The notes beneath the pieces were generated by a model. The model saw nothing but the letters and a program-made list of their open reading frames with translations. It did no database searches and was not told the origin of the DNA. This document shows positions 1 to 11,360 of a stretch of 64,000 bases of DNA, piece by piece (position 1 is the first letter of the stretch; every line of letters begins with the position of its first letter). Position numbers and translations under genes: made by a program. The DNA is from an uncultured Chloroflexia bacterium (GTDB taxonomy: Bacteria; Chloroflexota; Limnocylindria; Limnocylindrales; CSP1-4): contig OY970218.1 in the NCBI GenBank assembly GCA_963713975.1, forward strand, positions 928,001-992,000, read 5' to 3'.

Positions 1-303
1 GAGCGTCCGCTCGATGCCCGCCCGGTTGTCGTCTCCGAAGCTCCCGATGTGGTCGACGACGTGGGCGATGTCGTGGTCGGAGACCTCGCGCTCGAGGAGC
101 GTGACCTCGCTGGACGGGTAGCGCGCCTCGGGCTGCCGGCCCAGGTCCAGCACCACCTCGATCAGGGCCTCGCGATCGGGCAGGGCCGTGACGGCCGCGA
201 CGATCTCCGGTGGCAGTGCCGCGAGCAGGACGTCGAGGTCGTCGGCGGTTGCCTGCTGCCGGTCCTGGGATCCCACGCTGGCGGTCCTCCGTTCCTCCGT
301 CAT
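1..303 (-). CDS. Ycf45/SpoIIIAA-like AAA ATPase (often with R3H domain), N-terminal part; runs off window
   Basis: Not in ORF track. Manual translation from ATG at 303: MTEERR...DDLDVLLAALPPEI...LIEVVLDLGRQPEARY...IGSFGDDNRAGIERTL, the typical Ycf45 N-terminus. ATGA overlap with upstream stop. Confidence 0.75.
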   Translation of the reverse strand, partial: MTEERRTASVGSQDRQQATADDLDVLLAALPPEIVAAVTALPDREALIEVVLDLGRQPEARYPSSEVTLLEREVSDHDIAHVVDHIGSFGDDNRAGIERTL

Positions 304-1343
304 CGCACGCCGGCCGGCACGAGGCGCGGTTCGGCGACGCGGACGAGGGTTTCCTTTATCAGGAGCGTGACGGTGGCAATCGAGCCGAACCCCTCCTCCT
401 CGAGCCGGCGGTCGATCGGGGACTCGTACGTACGCACCGGTGCGAGAACGCCCTGGTGCCGTGCCGCGACGTCAACGCGCGCCGAGATCACCCCCAGGGC
501 ATACCGCAGGAGCGGGACGACATCGGCCTCGGGGCGCGCCAGCACCTTGAGGTAGTGCGGCTGGTCCTCCTTCGCGACACCCACCTGGACGAAGGCGTCG
601 AGCTGCGTCCCGTCCTTGCCACCATCAGGCGCCGCGAGGACGAACGCGTCCATGTCGGCGAAGCGCAGGATCGGCGCCAGGGAGCTGCGCGGCACGCGCG
701 AGTCGCGGCCTTGCCGTTCCCAGTCGGACAGCCGCAGCGCCTCCAGGCGCTGGACCGGCGCGGGAGTCACAGTGGTGTAGAGGCGCGAGATGGCGAGGGC
801 GTCCTGCGGCCGCGCCACGCGGATCCCGAACGAGCCCGCCTCGCCCTCGTCCATCGGGGCCGGCAGCGCGCTCCCGGGCTCCCGGAACAGGAGCCGCTCG
901 TCGCCGTACCGGACGAACCCCGCCTGCATGAACAGCTCCACGTTGTCGTCGGCATCGATGCACGCCACGTGGAACCGGACTGCGCCTCGCTTCGCTCCAT
1001 CGCGCAGCAGGTGCTGCACCAGCCGGAACCGGACGTCGCCGGCGTCGAGATCGCCCACCGCGTCGAGCTCCACCACCGTCCACTCGTCGCGCGTGCTGTC
1101 GCGCTCCACGCGCATCAGGCCCGCGACGTGGCCGTCGCGATCGAACACGTACATGACGTCGTGGGGCGTGAACATCCCCAACGGCAGCCGGAACAGGCTG
1201 AACACGCCGATGCGCGGGCCGGACACGGGCAGGCCCAAGGACCGGGTCCCCTCCCCGTCGGCCTGGGCCAGCCGCGAGAGCTCGCCCAGCGCGGCCAGAT
1301 CGGTCAGGCGGGCCGCCCGCACCTTCCCAGAGCTTCGAGCCAC
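300..1343 (-). CDS. GNAT-like acetyltransferase-fold protein, probably tandem domains
   Basis: VRAARLTDLAAL and IRVARPQDALAI strand-helix starts; ELFMQAGF motif-B-like segment; in operon with pdxT. Confidence 0.55.
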   Translation of the reverse strand: MARSSGKVRAARLTDLAALGELSRLAQADGEGTRSLGLPVSGPRIGVFSLFRLPLGMFTPHDVMYVFDRDGHVAGLMRVERDSTRDEWTVVELDAVGDLDAGDVRFRLVQHLLRDGAKRGAVRFHVACIDADDNVELFMQAGFVRYGDERLLFREPGSALPAPMDEGEAGSFGIRVARPQDALAISRLYTTVTPAPVQRLEALRLSDWERQGRDSRVPRSSLAPILRFADMDAFVLAAPDGGKDGTQLDAFVQVGVAKEDQPHYLKVLARPEADVVPLLRYALGVISARVDVAARHQGVLAPVRTYESPIDRRLEEEGFGSIATVTLLIKETLVRVAEPRLVPAGVR

Positions 1344-1350
1344 GGTCGCC

Positions 1351-1989
1351 TCACCATCCCTGCTGACTGCGGCGCGTCGGGTACGGGCGGCGCCCGACGC
1401 CCTCGCCGGGATCGGCGTGCTCGGCCGCCATCGTCGCGATCAGGCGGTGGAAGCGGGTCTCACCCGCGAGCTCGGGGTGGAAGGACGTGGCGATGACGTT
1501 CCGCTCCCGGACGGCGACGACCCGCCCGTCGTCGAGCCTCGCGAGCACGTCCACGTCCGGCCCGACACGCTCGATCACGGGTGCGCGGATGAACACGGCG
1601 TGCACCGGTGTGTCCCCGAGCAGGGGCACGGAGAGATCCATCTCGAACGAGTCGAGCTGGCGGCCGAAGGCGTTGCGCTCCACCGTCACGTCCAGCAGCG
1701 GCAGGACGGGCTCCTCGCCGCCGGCGATCTCGCGGGCGAGGAGGATCATCCCGGCGCACGTCCCGAACACGGGCGTGCCGCCCGCGGCCAGCTCCAGGAT
1801 CGGGGCGCGCAGCGCCCAGCGGTCGATGAGCTTGCGCATCGTCGTGCTCTCGCCGCCGGGCAGGATCAGGCCATCGATGTCGTCCAGGTGTGCGGGCAGG
1901 CGGACCTCCACCGCCTCCACGCCGATCGAGCGCAGGGCAGCCAGGTGCTCCGCGAACGCCCCCTGGAGGGCGAGGACGCCGATCCTCAT
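1351..1989 (-). CDS. pdxT: Pyridoxal 5'-phosphate synthase glutaminase subunit
   Basis: MRIGVLALQGAFAEH, LPGGESTT, GTCAG, RNAFGRQ, FHPE; start trimmed to ATG 1989. Confidence 0.97.
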   Translation of the reverse strand: MRIGVLALQGAFAEHLAALRSIGVEAVEVRLPAHLDDIDGLILPGGESTTMRKLIDRWALRAPILELAAGGTPVFGTCAGMILLAREIAGGEEPVLPLLDVTVERNAFGRQLDSFEMDLSVPLLGDTPVHAVFIRAPVIERVGPDVDVLARLDDGRVVAVRERNVIATSFHPELAGETRFHRLIATMAAEHADPGEGVGRRPYPTRRSQQGW

Positions 1990-2017
1990 CGCGCCGGCTC
2001 CGTGCCGAGCGTTCCGC

Positions 2018-2902
2018 CTACCAGCCGCGGACCGCCAGCCGCTCGTGTTCGGGGATCGCCTCCATGGCGATGCCCCGCATCGGTGCCCCAAGGCCCTTGG
2101 AGACCTCGGCGATGATCGTGGCGTCCTGGAAGTGCGTGGTCGCCTGGACGATGGCGTTGGCCATGCGGGCCGGATCCTCGGCCTTGAAGATCCCGGAGCC
2201 CACGAACACGCCCTCGGCGCCCAACTGCATCACGAGCGCGGCATCGGCCGGGGTGCTGATCCCGCCGGCCACGAAGTTGACCACCGGGAGCCTGCCGTTG
2301 GCCGCCACGTCCCGGACCAGCTCGTACGGTGCCTGGAGCTCCTTGGCGGCGACGAACAGCTCGTCCTCGCGCATGTGCTGGAGCCGGCGGATCTCGGCCA
2401 GCACGTCGCGCAGCTGGTGGACAGCCTCCACGACGTTGCCTGTGCCGGCCTCGCCCTTGGTCCGCATCATCGCCGCGCCCTCGTTGATCCGGCGCAGGGC
2501 CTCGCCCAGGTTCCGGCAGCCGCAGACGAAAGGGATCTTGAACGCGTGCTTGTCGATGTGGTTCCGCTCGTCGGCCGGGGTCAGCACCTCCGACTCGTCG
2601 ACGTAGTCCACGCCCAGGGCCTCGAGGACCTGCGCCTCGACGAAGTGCCCGATGCGGGCCTTGGCCATGACGGGGATGCTGACCGCCGCCATGATCCCCG
2701 TGATCATCTCGGGATCCGACATGCGGGCGACGCCGCCGGCCGCGCGGATGTCGGACGGCACGCGCTCGAGCGCCATCACGGCGACGGCACCGGCGTCTTC
2801 GGCGATCTTGGCCTGCTCGGGGGTGACGACGTCCATGATGACGCCGCCCTTGAGCATCTGGGCGAGGCCCTTCTTGGTGGCCCAGGTGGAGGTTTCGGTC
2901 AT
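2018..2902 (-). CDS. pdxS: Pyridoxal 5'-phosphate synthase lyase subunit
   Basis: [52 protein letters not shown]. Confidence 0.98.
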   Translation of the reverse strand: MTETSTWATKKGLAQMLKGGVIMDVVTPEQAKIAEDAGAVAVMALERVPSDIRAAGGVARMSDPEMITGIMAAVSIPVMAKARIGHFVEAQVLEALGVDYVDESEVLTPADERNHIDKHAFKIPFVCGCRNLGEALRRINEGAAMMRTKGEAGTGNVVEAVHQLRDVLAEIRRLQHMREDELFVAAKELQAPYELVRDVAANGRLPVVNFVAGGISTPADAALVMQLGAEGVFVGSGIFKAEDPARMANAIVQATTHFQDATIIAEVSKGLGAPMRGIAMEAIPEHERLAVRGW

Positions 2903-3043
2903 GGTTGTTGGGCTCTCCGGGAGGACGCGAGTGGTCGGCCGGCCAAGCTTGCCGCGGGGTCGTCGCCCGTTCGAGCCGGTTCGGTCCGACGTCACGCCCT
3001 GATTATCGCACGACGGCCCGGGTGGCCCAACCGGACGCGCTCG

Positions 3044-3787
3044 CTAGCGGACCAGCGTCCTGACCACGCCGGACATGAGCGTCGTGGCGCGGCGGGCCGA
3101 CGTCGGAGACAGGCGGCTCAGCGCCTCCACGAGGCCGAGCACGTCCTCGTCCGGGAGGCCGTCCAGCAGCCTGACCAGGCGCAGGATCGTGTCGTCGGGC
3201 ACCTCGCCCAGGAGCCGGACGGCGCGCTCGAGCTCGGTGGGCTCCAGGCGGCTGACGATGCCGACCGCACGGTCGAACAGGCGGACGAAGATGAGGAAGG
3301 TCGCCAGCCATTCGCGCAGGCGCACCAGCTCGGGCTCGCTCGGGTGCAGCACGAGCGCCTCGTTCGCGTCCGCCAGCGTCCGCTCCAAGACCACGATGAT
3401 CGGATCTCCCTCGCGGACCTTTCGCTCGGCGACCACGCGGCCGAACCAGCGCCAGTGATCCCCGACGGCCATGTAGGCGGTGCCGGCAGGCCCGCGGCGG
3501 CCGACCCGGCGGGGCTCGGCGACACGCTCCACCAGGCCCCATGCCTCGGCCTCGGCGAGCGCGAGGCTGGCGGCGCGGTGGCTCAGACCGAGGGCCTCGC
3601 GGACCTCCCGCTCCGTGAGTGGCTCGCCGCGTGCCATGAGATACGCATGGACGCGCGCGATCGCTGGAGCGACGCCCCACGCGGCACCCATCTCGCCCCA
3701 GGCGTTGGCCAGCTCGAGCCGGATCTCCTCCGCGATAGGCGAGGTCGCGCGCCTGCCGGGCGGGTTCGCGAGAGCGGCATCGGTCAC
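3044..3787 (-). CDS. GbsR/MarR-family transcriptional regulator
   Basis: WGEMGAAWGV..ARVHAYL...PLTE.E..EALGLS...S.AL..WGLV wHTH pattern; TAGGAT lies 6 nt before GTG (leaderless). Confidence 0.8.
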   Translation of the reverse strand: MTDAALANPPGRRATSPIAEEIRLELANAWGEMGAAWGVAPAIARVHAYLMARGEPLTEREVREALGLSHRAASLALAEAEAWGLVERVAEPRRVGRRGPAGTAYMAVGDHWRWFGRVVAERKVREGDPIIVVLERTLADANEALVLHPSEPELVRLREWLATFLIFVRLFDRAVGIVSRLEPTELERAVRLLGEVPDDTILRLVRLLDGLPDEDVLGLVEALSRLSPTSARRATTLMSGVVRTLVR

Positions 3788-3845
3788 GCAGCCATCCTAA
3801 CCCGGCCGAATGAAACCTGTCCCTGTCCGATAGCCGATTTCGGGT

Positions 3846-4307
3846 TCAGCCGCCGCCGAACAGGATCTCCCCGACCAATCGGAACGGATCCTGCGCGGGA
3901 TCGATGGCGGTAGTGCAGGACGCAAGGACGACCGGCTCCGGCGCGACCGCGAACGTGTAGACCTCCTCCTGGCCGTCGAAGTTCTTCGGGCACTCGCCCT
4001 CGAACGGCCGGGCGAGGATCGCGTCCCAGTCGGCGTCTTCCACCTGCGACGTGAGGAGCGCCAGCGTCTGGGCGTCCACGGTCTGTGCCGTGCCATCGCT
4101 GCGGACCACCGTGCCGTCGCGCAGGATGTCGGCCCTGAAGCCGCACGGGCCCTGTGGGCACTCCCCGCCGCTGGCCTCGTAGGTCACCAGGGCCGGGTTG
4201 AACGCCTCGGGGACGATCCCCGGCGGGAGGAGGCCGCACGCACCGAGTGCGGCGGCGATCAACAGGGCCAGCGCGAAGCGCGCGGCCAAGCGAACGATAC
4301 TGGGCAT
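3846..4307 (-). CDS. Hypothetical lipoprotein
   Basis: MPSIVRLAARFALALLIAAALGAC lipobox; start trimmed from longer ORF. Confidence 0.7.
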   Translation of the reverse strand: MPSIVRLAARFALALLIAAALGACGLLPPGIVPEAFNPALVTYEASGGECPQGPCGFRADILRDGTVVRSDGTAQTVDAQTLALLTSQVEDADWDAILARPFEGECPKNFDGQEEVYTFAVAPEPVVLASCTTAIDPAQDPFRLVGEILFGGG

Positions 4308-4365
4308 GGGGTGCGGACGTCCGATACCCCCGGCGGGTTCCCCCGGCGGAGGTATCGTTCGAGCG

Positions 4366-5442
4366 ATGCCCACGCCCGCCCTTGATCCTGCTGCCCTCGA
4401 GTGCGCCTTTGGCGTCGCCTCCGCCCAGGTCCGGACCGGCACCGTCCCGTTCGTGATCCTCGGCGTGGCCAACGGGGAGGGCACGATCCGGCTCGAGGCG
4501 GTCCCGCCGCTGGACGGGCCGCGGATCGGGACGAATGCCGTGTGCCTGCTGGCGTCGATCACGAAGCCCATCGTCTCGACCGCCGTGATGCGGCTGGCCT
4601 CGGAGGGCCGCTTCCCGCTGACGGCGCCCCTGTCGCGGTGGCTGCCGGAGCTCGACCATGCCGGCCTTGCGCCGTTCACGGCCTGGCATGTCATGACCCA
4701 TACGACGGGGATCGCGGACATCGATCTCGAGGAGCTGCTCCTCGCGGGCGGCGACCGCGCCGAGCTCCTGCGGCAGACGATCGCCTCCGGACAGGTGGCG
4801 GTGCCCGGCAGCCGGTTCCAGTACGCGTCCTTCACGTTCGACCTCCTCGCCGAAGCGGTCGAGCGGGCACTGGACCGGCCGCTTGAGGAGCTGCTCCGCG
4901 AGCAGGTGCTCGTATCGCTGGGGATGACGGACACGGGCTTCTCGCCGCCCGCAGCAGCGGACCGGGCGGCACCGATCGCCGTCGGCGCATGGGACGGTAC
5001 CCGGCGCGCCCTTGACCTGGGGGTTGACTCCGCAGAGATGGTCGCGGCCTACTCGGCCCTGCGACTTGCCGGCGGCGGCCTGTGGAGCAGCGCCCACGAC
5101 CTGCTGCGCTTCGGGCGCGCGATGGTGCGCGGCGGCGAGCTGGACGGCATGCGGGTCCTGGGCCGGTCGGCCTTGGGACTGATGACGCGCGAGGTCACGG
5201 TGAACGGACTTGGCGCCGCGGTGGACCGGCTTGCGGACGACCACTACGCGATCGGCTGGGGGAAGCCCGGCACCGCATCGTCGGGGTCGCCGTCGGCATT
5301 CGGGCATGGGGGCATCTCGGGAACCCGGCTGTGGATCGACCCGGACGAGGACCTGGTCTTCGTCTACCTCACTGGCGTCTGGGGGCTCGAGCCAAGGTTG
5401 ATCGACGACGTGCTGCTCGCCGTGTACGGGGCGCTGGAGTAG
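4366..5442 (+). CDS. Serine hydrolase, beta-lactamase/transpeptidase-like family
   Basis: SxxK (SITK), MTHTTG, FQYAS, AGGGLWSSAHDLLRF, FGHGG, LWIDP. Confidence 0.88.
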   Translation: MPTPALDPAALECAFGVASAQVRTGTVPFVILGVANGEGTIRLEAVPPLDGPRIGTNAVCLLASITKPIVSTAVMRLASEGRFPLTAPLSRWLPELDHAGLAPFTAWHVMTHTTGIADIDLEELLLAGGDRAELLRQTIASGQVAVPGSRFQYASFTFDLLAEAVERALDRPLEELLREQVLVSLGMTDTGFSPPAAADRAAPIAVGAWDGTRRALDLGVDSAEMVAAYSALRLAGGGLWSSAHDLLRFGRAMVRGGELDGMRVLGRSALGLMTREVTVNGLGAAVDRLADDHYAIGWGKPGTASSGSPSAFGHGGISGTRLWIDPDEDLVFVYLTGVWGLEPRLIDDVLLAVYGALE

Positions 5443-5494
5443 TAGGCCCTGAACGCTCCGGCGCAAGCCGGCGCATCACCCCCAGGCGGGAGCG

Positions 5495-5869
5495 CTACGG
5501 CTTCGGCTCGAGGACGAACAGGTCGCCCCAGTCGGCGCGCTCGGCCACCCGGCCCATCTTGGCCCGCATCTCGGCGAGCGCGGCAGGCCGGTCCTCGTCG
5601 GCCACCAGCCCGCCCAGGTACCGCCGCTCGACGCCCTTGATCGAGAAGGTGACCGCTGGATCGGCTTTCAGGTTGGCCGTCCAGCCCCGGTTCACCGGAC
5701 TGCCGGATCCGATCAGGATCGTGCCATCGGGACGCGCAACGAACCCGAGTGGCGCCTGACGCGGCAACCCGGTCCTCGCTCCGGTGGAACCGAGGATCCC
5801 GATCCGCCCGGACCTGGCCATGAGCGTGCCGCCGAGAGCATTGAAGGTCCGGGTGAGTCGATTGGACAC
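5495..5869 (-). CDS. Ddn-like deazaflavin (F420)-dependent oxidoreductase
   Basis: LGSTGARTGLPRQAPL...GS...GWTANLKADPAV...LFVLEP split-barrel pattern. Confidence 0.75.
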   Translation of the reverse strand: MSNRLTRTFNALGGTLMARSGRIGILGSTGARTGLPRQAPLGFVARPDGTILIGSGSPVNRGWTANLKADPAVTFSIKGVERRYLGGLVADEDRPAALAEMRAKMGRVAERADWGDLFVLEPKP

Positions 5870-5958
5870 GGGTGCTCCTTGGACGGCCGACGGTCGATGC
5901 TGGCCCTATTCGACACCATGTGCCGCTCCGATGCCACGAGGCCGCTGTGGCGGACCCC

Positions 5959-5986
5959 TTGACACCGGTCCCTCGAGTGCTACGCT
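5959..5986 (+). promoter_or_regulatory. Sigma70-type promoter of BMC operon
   Basis: TTGACA (5959-64), 16 bp spacer, TG-c-TACGCT extended -10 (5981-86). Confidence 0.7.
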
Positions 5987-5991
5987 GCCGA

Positions 5992-6036
5992 TTGAGCGCA
6001 CACATGAGCGGCTCTCCTGCTCGGATGTGCAGTCAA
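5992..6036. promoter_or_regulatory. Putative SorC-family operator (imperfect inverted repeat)
   Basis: TTGAgcGCACAcatGAGC...GCTCggaTGTGCagTCAA directly downstream of the -10 and upstream of the SorC gene. Confidence 0.55.
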
Positions 6037-6046
6037 CGGAGAGGCA

Positions 6047-7021
6047 GTGCTCGCAGTCCGGCGTCGGGGTACCAGCGACGTGCGACTCATGGTGCGGATC
6101 GCACAGCTGTACTACCGCATGCACCTCAGCCAGGCGGAGATCGGTGAGCGGCTGGGCCTCAGCCGCTTTCAGGTGGGCCGGCTGCTGGATCGCGCGGTCG
6201 AGGAATCCATCGTCCGGATCGAGATCGTGCATCCGACGGCTCGTCTCGTGGACCTCGAGGACGCCCTGGTCGCCCACTTCGCACTGGACGCGGCCGTCGT
6301 GGCCGACGTTCCCGCCGCGGCCGCCGGAGACGTCGCCGACGACCTTGCCCGCGATGCCGTGGCCACAGCGGCCGTGGACCTGCTCGCCAGATACCGGCCG
6401 ACAGGGTCCATCGCCGTCTCCTGGGGCCGCACCATGCTCGCGGTCGCGCGCCGGCTCCCGATGGACTGGACACAGGCGACCGAGATCGTGCAGCTCAACG
6501 GAGCGGCCAGCCGCTCGACCCAGCCGACCCGTGCGAACGAGATCCTCGAGCGGTTCGCCGCAACGTCCGGAGCGACGTTCCGGGGCCTGGCCGCCCCGGC
6601 GATCGTTGGCTCCACCGACCTGCGGGACGCGCTGATGGCAGATCCCGCAATCAGCGAGACGATCGATGCCGCGAGGTCCGCCCCGTCCGCGGTGTTCGGC
6701 CTGGGCATCCCTGCGGCGGACAGCCCGCACCTCGCTTCGGGCTTCGTCGACGAGCCGGAGCAGGTGCGCCTCCGCGAGCGGGGTGCGGTGGGCGACGTGA
6801 TCGGCCGCTTCCTCGATGCCGACGGCGCCATCGCCTGGCCCAAGCTCAACCGCCGGACGGTGGGCCTGCCGCTGGGGGACCTGCGGGCCAAGCCGTTCCG
6901 GATGGGTGTGGCCGCCGGGGCGGGCCGCGGGCCGATCGCACTCGCCGCGATCCGGGCCGGTGTCGTGAACGTCCTCGCCTGCGACGACGCAACCGCGGAG
7001 TGGGTGCTCAACCGTGGCTGA
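6047..7021 (+). CDS. SorC/DeoR-family sugar-phosphate-binding regulator
   Basis: IAQLYYRMHLSQAEIGERLGLSRFQVGRLL HTH; VSWGRT; GAVGDVIGRFLDADG; exact start uncertain (6047 or 6089). Confidence 0.93.
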   Translation: MLAVRRRGTSDVRLMVRIAQLYYRMHLSQAEIGERLGLSRFQVGRLLDRAVEESIVRIEIVHPTARLVDLEDALVAHFALDAAVVADVPAAAAGDVADDLARDAVATAAVDLLARYRPTGSIAVSWGRTMLAVARRLPMDWTQATEIVQLNGAASRSTQPTRANEILERFAATSGATFRGLAAPAIVGSTDLRDALMADPAISETIDAARSAPSAVFGLGIPAADSPHLASGFVDEPEQVRLRERGAVGDVIGRFLDADGAIAWPKLNRRTVGLPLGDLRAKPFRMGVAAGAGRGPIALAAIRAGVVNVLACDDATAEWVLNRG

Positions 7022-7645
7022 GCGACGCCTTCCCGACGAGATCGTGATCCGCCAGCTGGTGGAGCGCGCGCTCGAGGGATTCGAGGCGGGCTCGGAGCCG
7101 CCGCGGGCGGATACTGCAGCAGGCACCAGCGCGCCCGCGGGCGCACCCACCGCCGTGGCCCCGGCAGGCGACGCGAAGTCCGTCGCCATCGGCGCCGATC
7201 ACGGCGGGTTCGCCCTCAAGGCCGTGCTCGTGAAGCACCTGACCGACGCGGGCTTTGGCGTAACCGACTGCGGAACGAACGGTCCCGGGGCCGTGGACTA
7301 CCCGGACTTCGCCCACGTCGTGGCCCGGCTCGTCGCGTCCGGTGCCTGCGCCACGGGGATCATGATCGACGGAGCCGGGATCGGCTCCGCCATGACCGCG
7401 AACAAGGTCCCGGGCGTCCGTGCGGCAAATGCGCACGACACCTCCATGGCTCGCAACGCCCGTGAGCACAACTACGCCAACGTGGTGACCCTGGGCGCGC
7501 GCATGATCGGCGAGGGACTGGCCCTCGAGATCGCCGACACGTTCCTCGCCACCCCGTGGGGCGCAGAGCGGCACGGCACGCGTGTGGCCAAGATCACCGA
7601 TATCGAGCAGCGCTACAGCAGGCCCCAGGCAGAGGAACCCCAGCG

Positions 7646-7649
<4 letters not shown>
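7014..7649 (+). CDS. rpiB: RpiB-family sugar-phosphate isomerase with N-terminal encapsulation-peptide-like helix
   Basis: [42 protein letters not shown]; N-terminal [14 protein letters not shown] plus Ala/Pro linker. Confidence 0.9.
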
Positions 7650-8519
<870 letters not shown>

Positions 8520-8533
<14 letters not shown>

Positions 8534-9149
8534 CCTCAGGGCGTACGTGTACCTGGACAGCCTCCAGGCCCAGTACGCCGCGTTCCTGGGTACGGTGGCC
8601 CAGGGCTTCCTGCCGCTCCCGGGCGACGCATCGCTATACATCGAGGTCTCGCCGGGCATCGAGATCAACCGGCTGACGGACATCGCGCTCAAGAGCACGT
8701 CCGTCAAGCCGGGCATGCAGATCATCGAGCGGTTCTTCGGCCTGCTGGAGATCCACTCGCCATCGCAGGCGGAGGTGCGGGCGGCGGGCGCCGCGATCCT
8801 GGCGGAGCTCGAGCTGGCGGAGACCGACCGGATCAAGCCGCGAATCCTGTCGAGCCAGATCATCCGGCGCATCGACGACCACCAGGCCCAGCTGATCAAC
8901 CGAACCCGTCACGGGCAGATGATCATCGGCGGGCAGACGCTGTACGTGCTGGAGATGGAGCCCGCGGCCTACGCGCCGCTGGCCGCCAACGAGGCCGAGA
9001 AGGCCGCCAAGATCAACATCCTCGAGGTCCGGTCGTTCGGCTCGATGGGCCGCGTGTACCTGGGCGGCGAGGAGGCCGACATCGATGTGGGCTGGCGTGC
9101 CGCCGTGGCGGCCATCGAGGCCATCGATGGCCGTGAGGCCAAGGCGTAG
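8520..9149 (+). CDS. BMC-T shell protein, permuted double-stacking type (CcmP/CsoS1D-like)
   Basis: [13 protein letters not shown]...[27 protein letters not shown]...ERFFGLLE; [16 protein letters not shown]; GRVYLGG. Confidence 0.92.
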
Positions 9150-9220
9150 GAACGATCACCAACGACAGACCGGCGGCCACCCGGCCGGCCGGAGCACACA
9201 CCGATACGGGAGAGGGTCCG

Positions 9221-9526
9221 ATGGCAGACGCACTGGGAATGATCGAGGCACGCGGCTTCGCCGCGGTGGTCGAGGCGGCGGACGCGATGGTCAAGGCCGC
9301 CAAGGTTGACCTCGTGGGCTACGAGAAGACCGGCGGCGGGTACGTGACGGCCGTCGTGCGGGGCGATGTCGCCGCGGTCAAGGCAGCCGTCGAGGCGGGC
9401 GCCCGCAGCGCCGCCAAGGTGGGTGAGGTCGTCGCGACCCACGTGATCGCCCGGCCGCACGCCAACGTGGACACTGTGCTGCCGCTGGGTCGCGCGGACG
9501 AGGCCAAGGCGGAGCTCGGCGGCTGA
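9221..9526 (+). CDS. BMC-H shell hexamer (EutM/PduA-like)
   Basis: ALGMIEARG...[11 protein letters not shown]...[19 protein letters not shown]...HVIARPH. Confidence 0.98.
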   Translation: MADALGMIEARGFAAVVEAADAMVKAAKVDLVGYEKTGGGYVTAVVRGDVAAVKAAVEAGARSAAKVGEVVATHVIARPHANVDTVLPLGRADEAKAELGG

Positions 9527-9616
9527 GGAAGCCGCCACCAGGACCCTCGCGGGGGCGGTGAACCACCGGGCGACCGGTGAGCGCCGCCCCCGGACCCGAG
9601 AGGTCGGGAGGTACCA

Positions 9617-9904
9617 ATGCTCCTGGGACTGATCGCGGGGACGGTCGTCGCCAGCCGCAAGGAGCCCCTCATGGAGGGGTGGCGGCTGCTCGTCGTGCAG
9701 CAGCTCGGGGCGGACTGCAAGCCGACGGGCGGCTACGTGGTCGGTGTCGACACGGTCGGCGCGGGCGTCGGCGAGGTCGTGCTCTATGCCAGCGGCTCCT
9801 CCGCGCGCCAGACCGAGGTCACGCGTGATCGGCCGTGTGACGCCGTGATCATGGCCATCGTCGACACCTGGGAAGTCGGCGGCACGGAGGTCTACCGCAA
9901 GTAG
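9617..9904 (+). CDS. BMC-P vertex pentamer (EutN/CcmL family) 1
   Basis: GTVVASRK...[19 protein letters not shown]...DAVIMAIVD; GGAGG RBS. Confidence 0.96.
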   Translation: MLLGLIAGTVVASRKEPLMEGWRLLVVQQLGADCKPTGGYVVGVDTVGAGVGEVVLYASGSSARQTEVTRDRPCDAVIMAIVDTWEVGGTEVYRK

Positions 9905-9906
9905 CC

Positions 9907-11358
9907 GTGGTCGACGAGCGAGAGATCCAGGACATCATCGACCGGACCCGCCGGCGTGTCGGCGAGCCCGGGCCGCAGCTAGCCCGCCGCATGGCGGTCC
10001 AGGCGGAGCTGACGGCGCCTGCCGCGAGCCAGACGGGGGACGGCGTGTTCGCCAGGCTGGACGAGGCGATCGCCGCCGCCGGTGCCGCCTTCCGCTCCAC
10101 GCGGATGGAGTTGGACCAGCGCAAGGTCATCATCGACGCCGTGCGGCGGGCCGCGCTCGACCAGGCGGAGGCCCTCGCCCGCCTGGCGGTCGAGGAGACC
10201 GGTCTGGGTCGCGTGGACGACAAGACGGTCAAGAACCGGCTGGTCGCCACGAAGGCGCCGGGGCCCGAGGATCTCGAGGTCCAGGCCGTGTCGGGCTCCA
10301 ACGGGATGATGATCACGGAGTTCGCCCCGTTCGGGGTCGTGGGTGCCATCACCCCGGTCACGAACCCGGCGGCCACGATCCTCAACAATGCCATCTCGAT
10401 CGTCTCTGCGGGCAACGCGGTGGTGTTCAACCCGCACCCGTCCGCCCGGCGGACGTCGAATGCCGCGGTCCGCCTCGTCAACCGGGCGATCATCGCGGCC
10501 GGCGGTCCGCCCAACTTCGTCGTGTCCACGGCGGAGCCCACGATCGAGTCTGCCCGGACGCTCATGACCCACCCGGACGTCCGGCTGCTGCTCGTGACCG
10601 GCGGTCCCGGCGTGGTGCGCGAGGCCCTGCGCACGGACAAGCGCGCGATCACCGCGGGACCCGGCAACCCGCCGGCCGTGGTGGACGAGACGTCCGACGT
10701 CGAGAAGGCGGGCGCCGACATCGTCCGGGGCGCCTCCTTCGACAACAACATCGTGTGCACGGACGAGAAGCTGGTGATCGCGGTCGCGTCGATCGCGGAC
10801 CGCCTGGTCCGCTCGATGGGCCAGAACGGCGCCTACGTGCTGGCCGAGCACGAGCTGCGCCGCCTGGAGCGCGTGATCTTCACGGAGCTGGGTGACCCGG
10901 GCAGGCCAGGTCACGTCAACCCGGCGTGGATCGGACGAAACGCGGCGCGGATCCTCGCGGAGATCGGCGTGCGGCCGTCCGTGGAGCCACGGCTGCTGGT
11001 GGCGGAGGTGCCCGCGGAGCACAGCCTGGTCTGGACCGAGCAGATGATGCCGGTACTGCCCGTGGTCCGGGTCCCGGACGTCAGCGCCGCCATCGACCTT
11101 GCCGTTCGCGCCGAGCATGGCTTCCGCCACACGGCCTCGATCCACTCCACCAACGTCGGGACGATCACGCGGATGGCGCGCGCGATGAACTGCTCGATCT
11201 TCGTCACCAACGGCCCCAACTTCACGGGCCTGGGCGAAGGCGGCGAGGGCTTCGCGACCGTGTCGATCGCCAGCCCGTCCGGCGACGGCATGACGCGGCC
11301 GCGGACGTTCTCCCGCGAGCGGCGGATCACCGTCGTCGGCGCGCTGCGGATCGTCTGA
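9907..11358 (+). CDS. CoA-acylating aldehyde dehydrogenase (EutE/PduP family) with N-terminal encapsulation-peptide-like helix
   Basis: APFGVVGAITPVTNP, FNPHP, TGGPGVV, AGPGNPP, FDNNIVCTDEK (catalytic Cys), EQMMPVLP, EHGFRHTA; N-term EREIQDIIDRTRRRV. Confidence 0.94.
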   Translation: MVDEREIQDIIDRTRRRVGEPGPQLARRMAVQAELTAPAASQTGDGVFARLDEAIAAAGAAFRSTRMELDQRKVIIDAVRRAALDQAEALARLAVEETGLGRVDDKTVKNRLVATKAPGPEDLEVQAVSGSNGMMITEFAPFGVVGAITPVTNPAATILNNAISIVSAGNAVVFNPHPSARRTSNAAVRLVNRAIIAAGGPPNFVVSTAEPTIESARTLMTHPDVRLLLVTGGPGVVREALRTDKRAITAGPGNPPAVVDETSDVEKAGADIVRGASFDNNIVCTDEKLVIAVASIADRLVRSMGQNGAYVLAEHELRRLERVIFTELGDPGRPGHVNPAWIGRNAARILAEIGVRPSVEPRLLVAEVPAEHSLVWTEQMMPVLPVVRVPDVSAAIDLAVRAEHGFRHTASIHSTNVGTITRMARAMNCSIFVTNGPNFTGLGEGGEGFATVSIASPSGDGMTRPRTFSRERRITVVGALRIV

Positions 11359-11360
11359 AG

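Noticed and set aside
1487-3913. 808-aa plus-strand ORF and similar long ORFs (17043-19241, 36760-38997, 13771-15555, 59372-60814)
   Set aside because: Antisense shadows of well-supported genes, caused by high-GC codon bias; no motifs.
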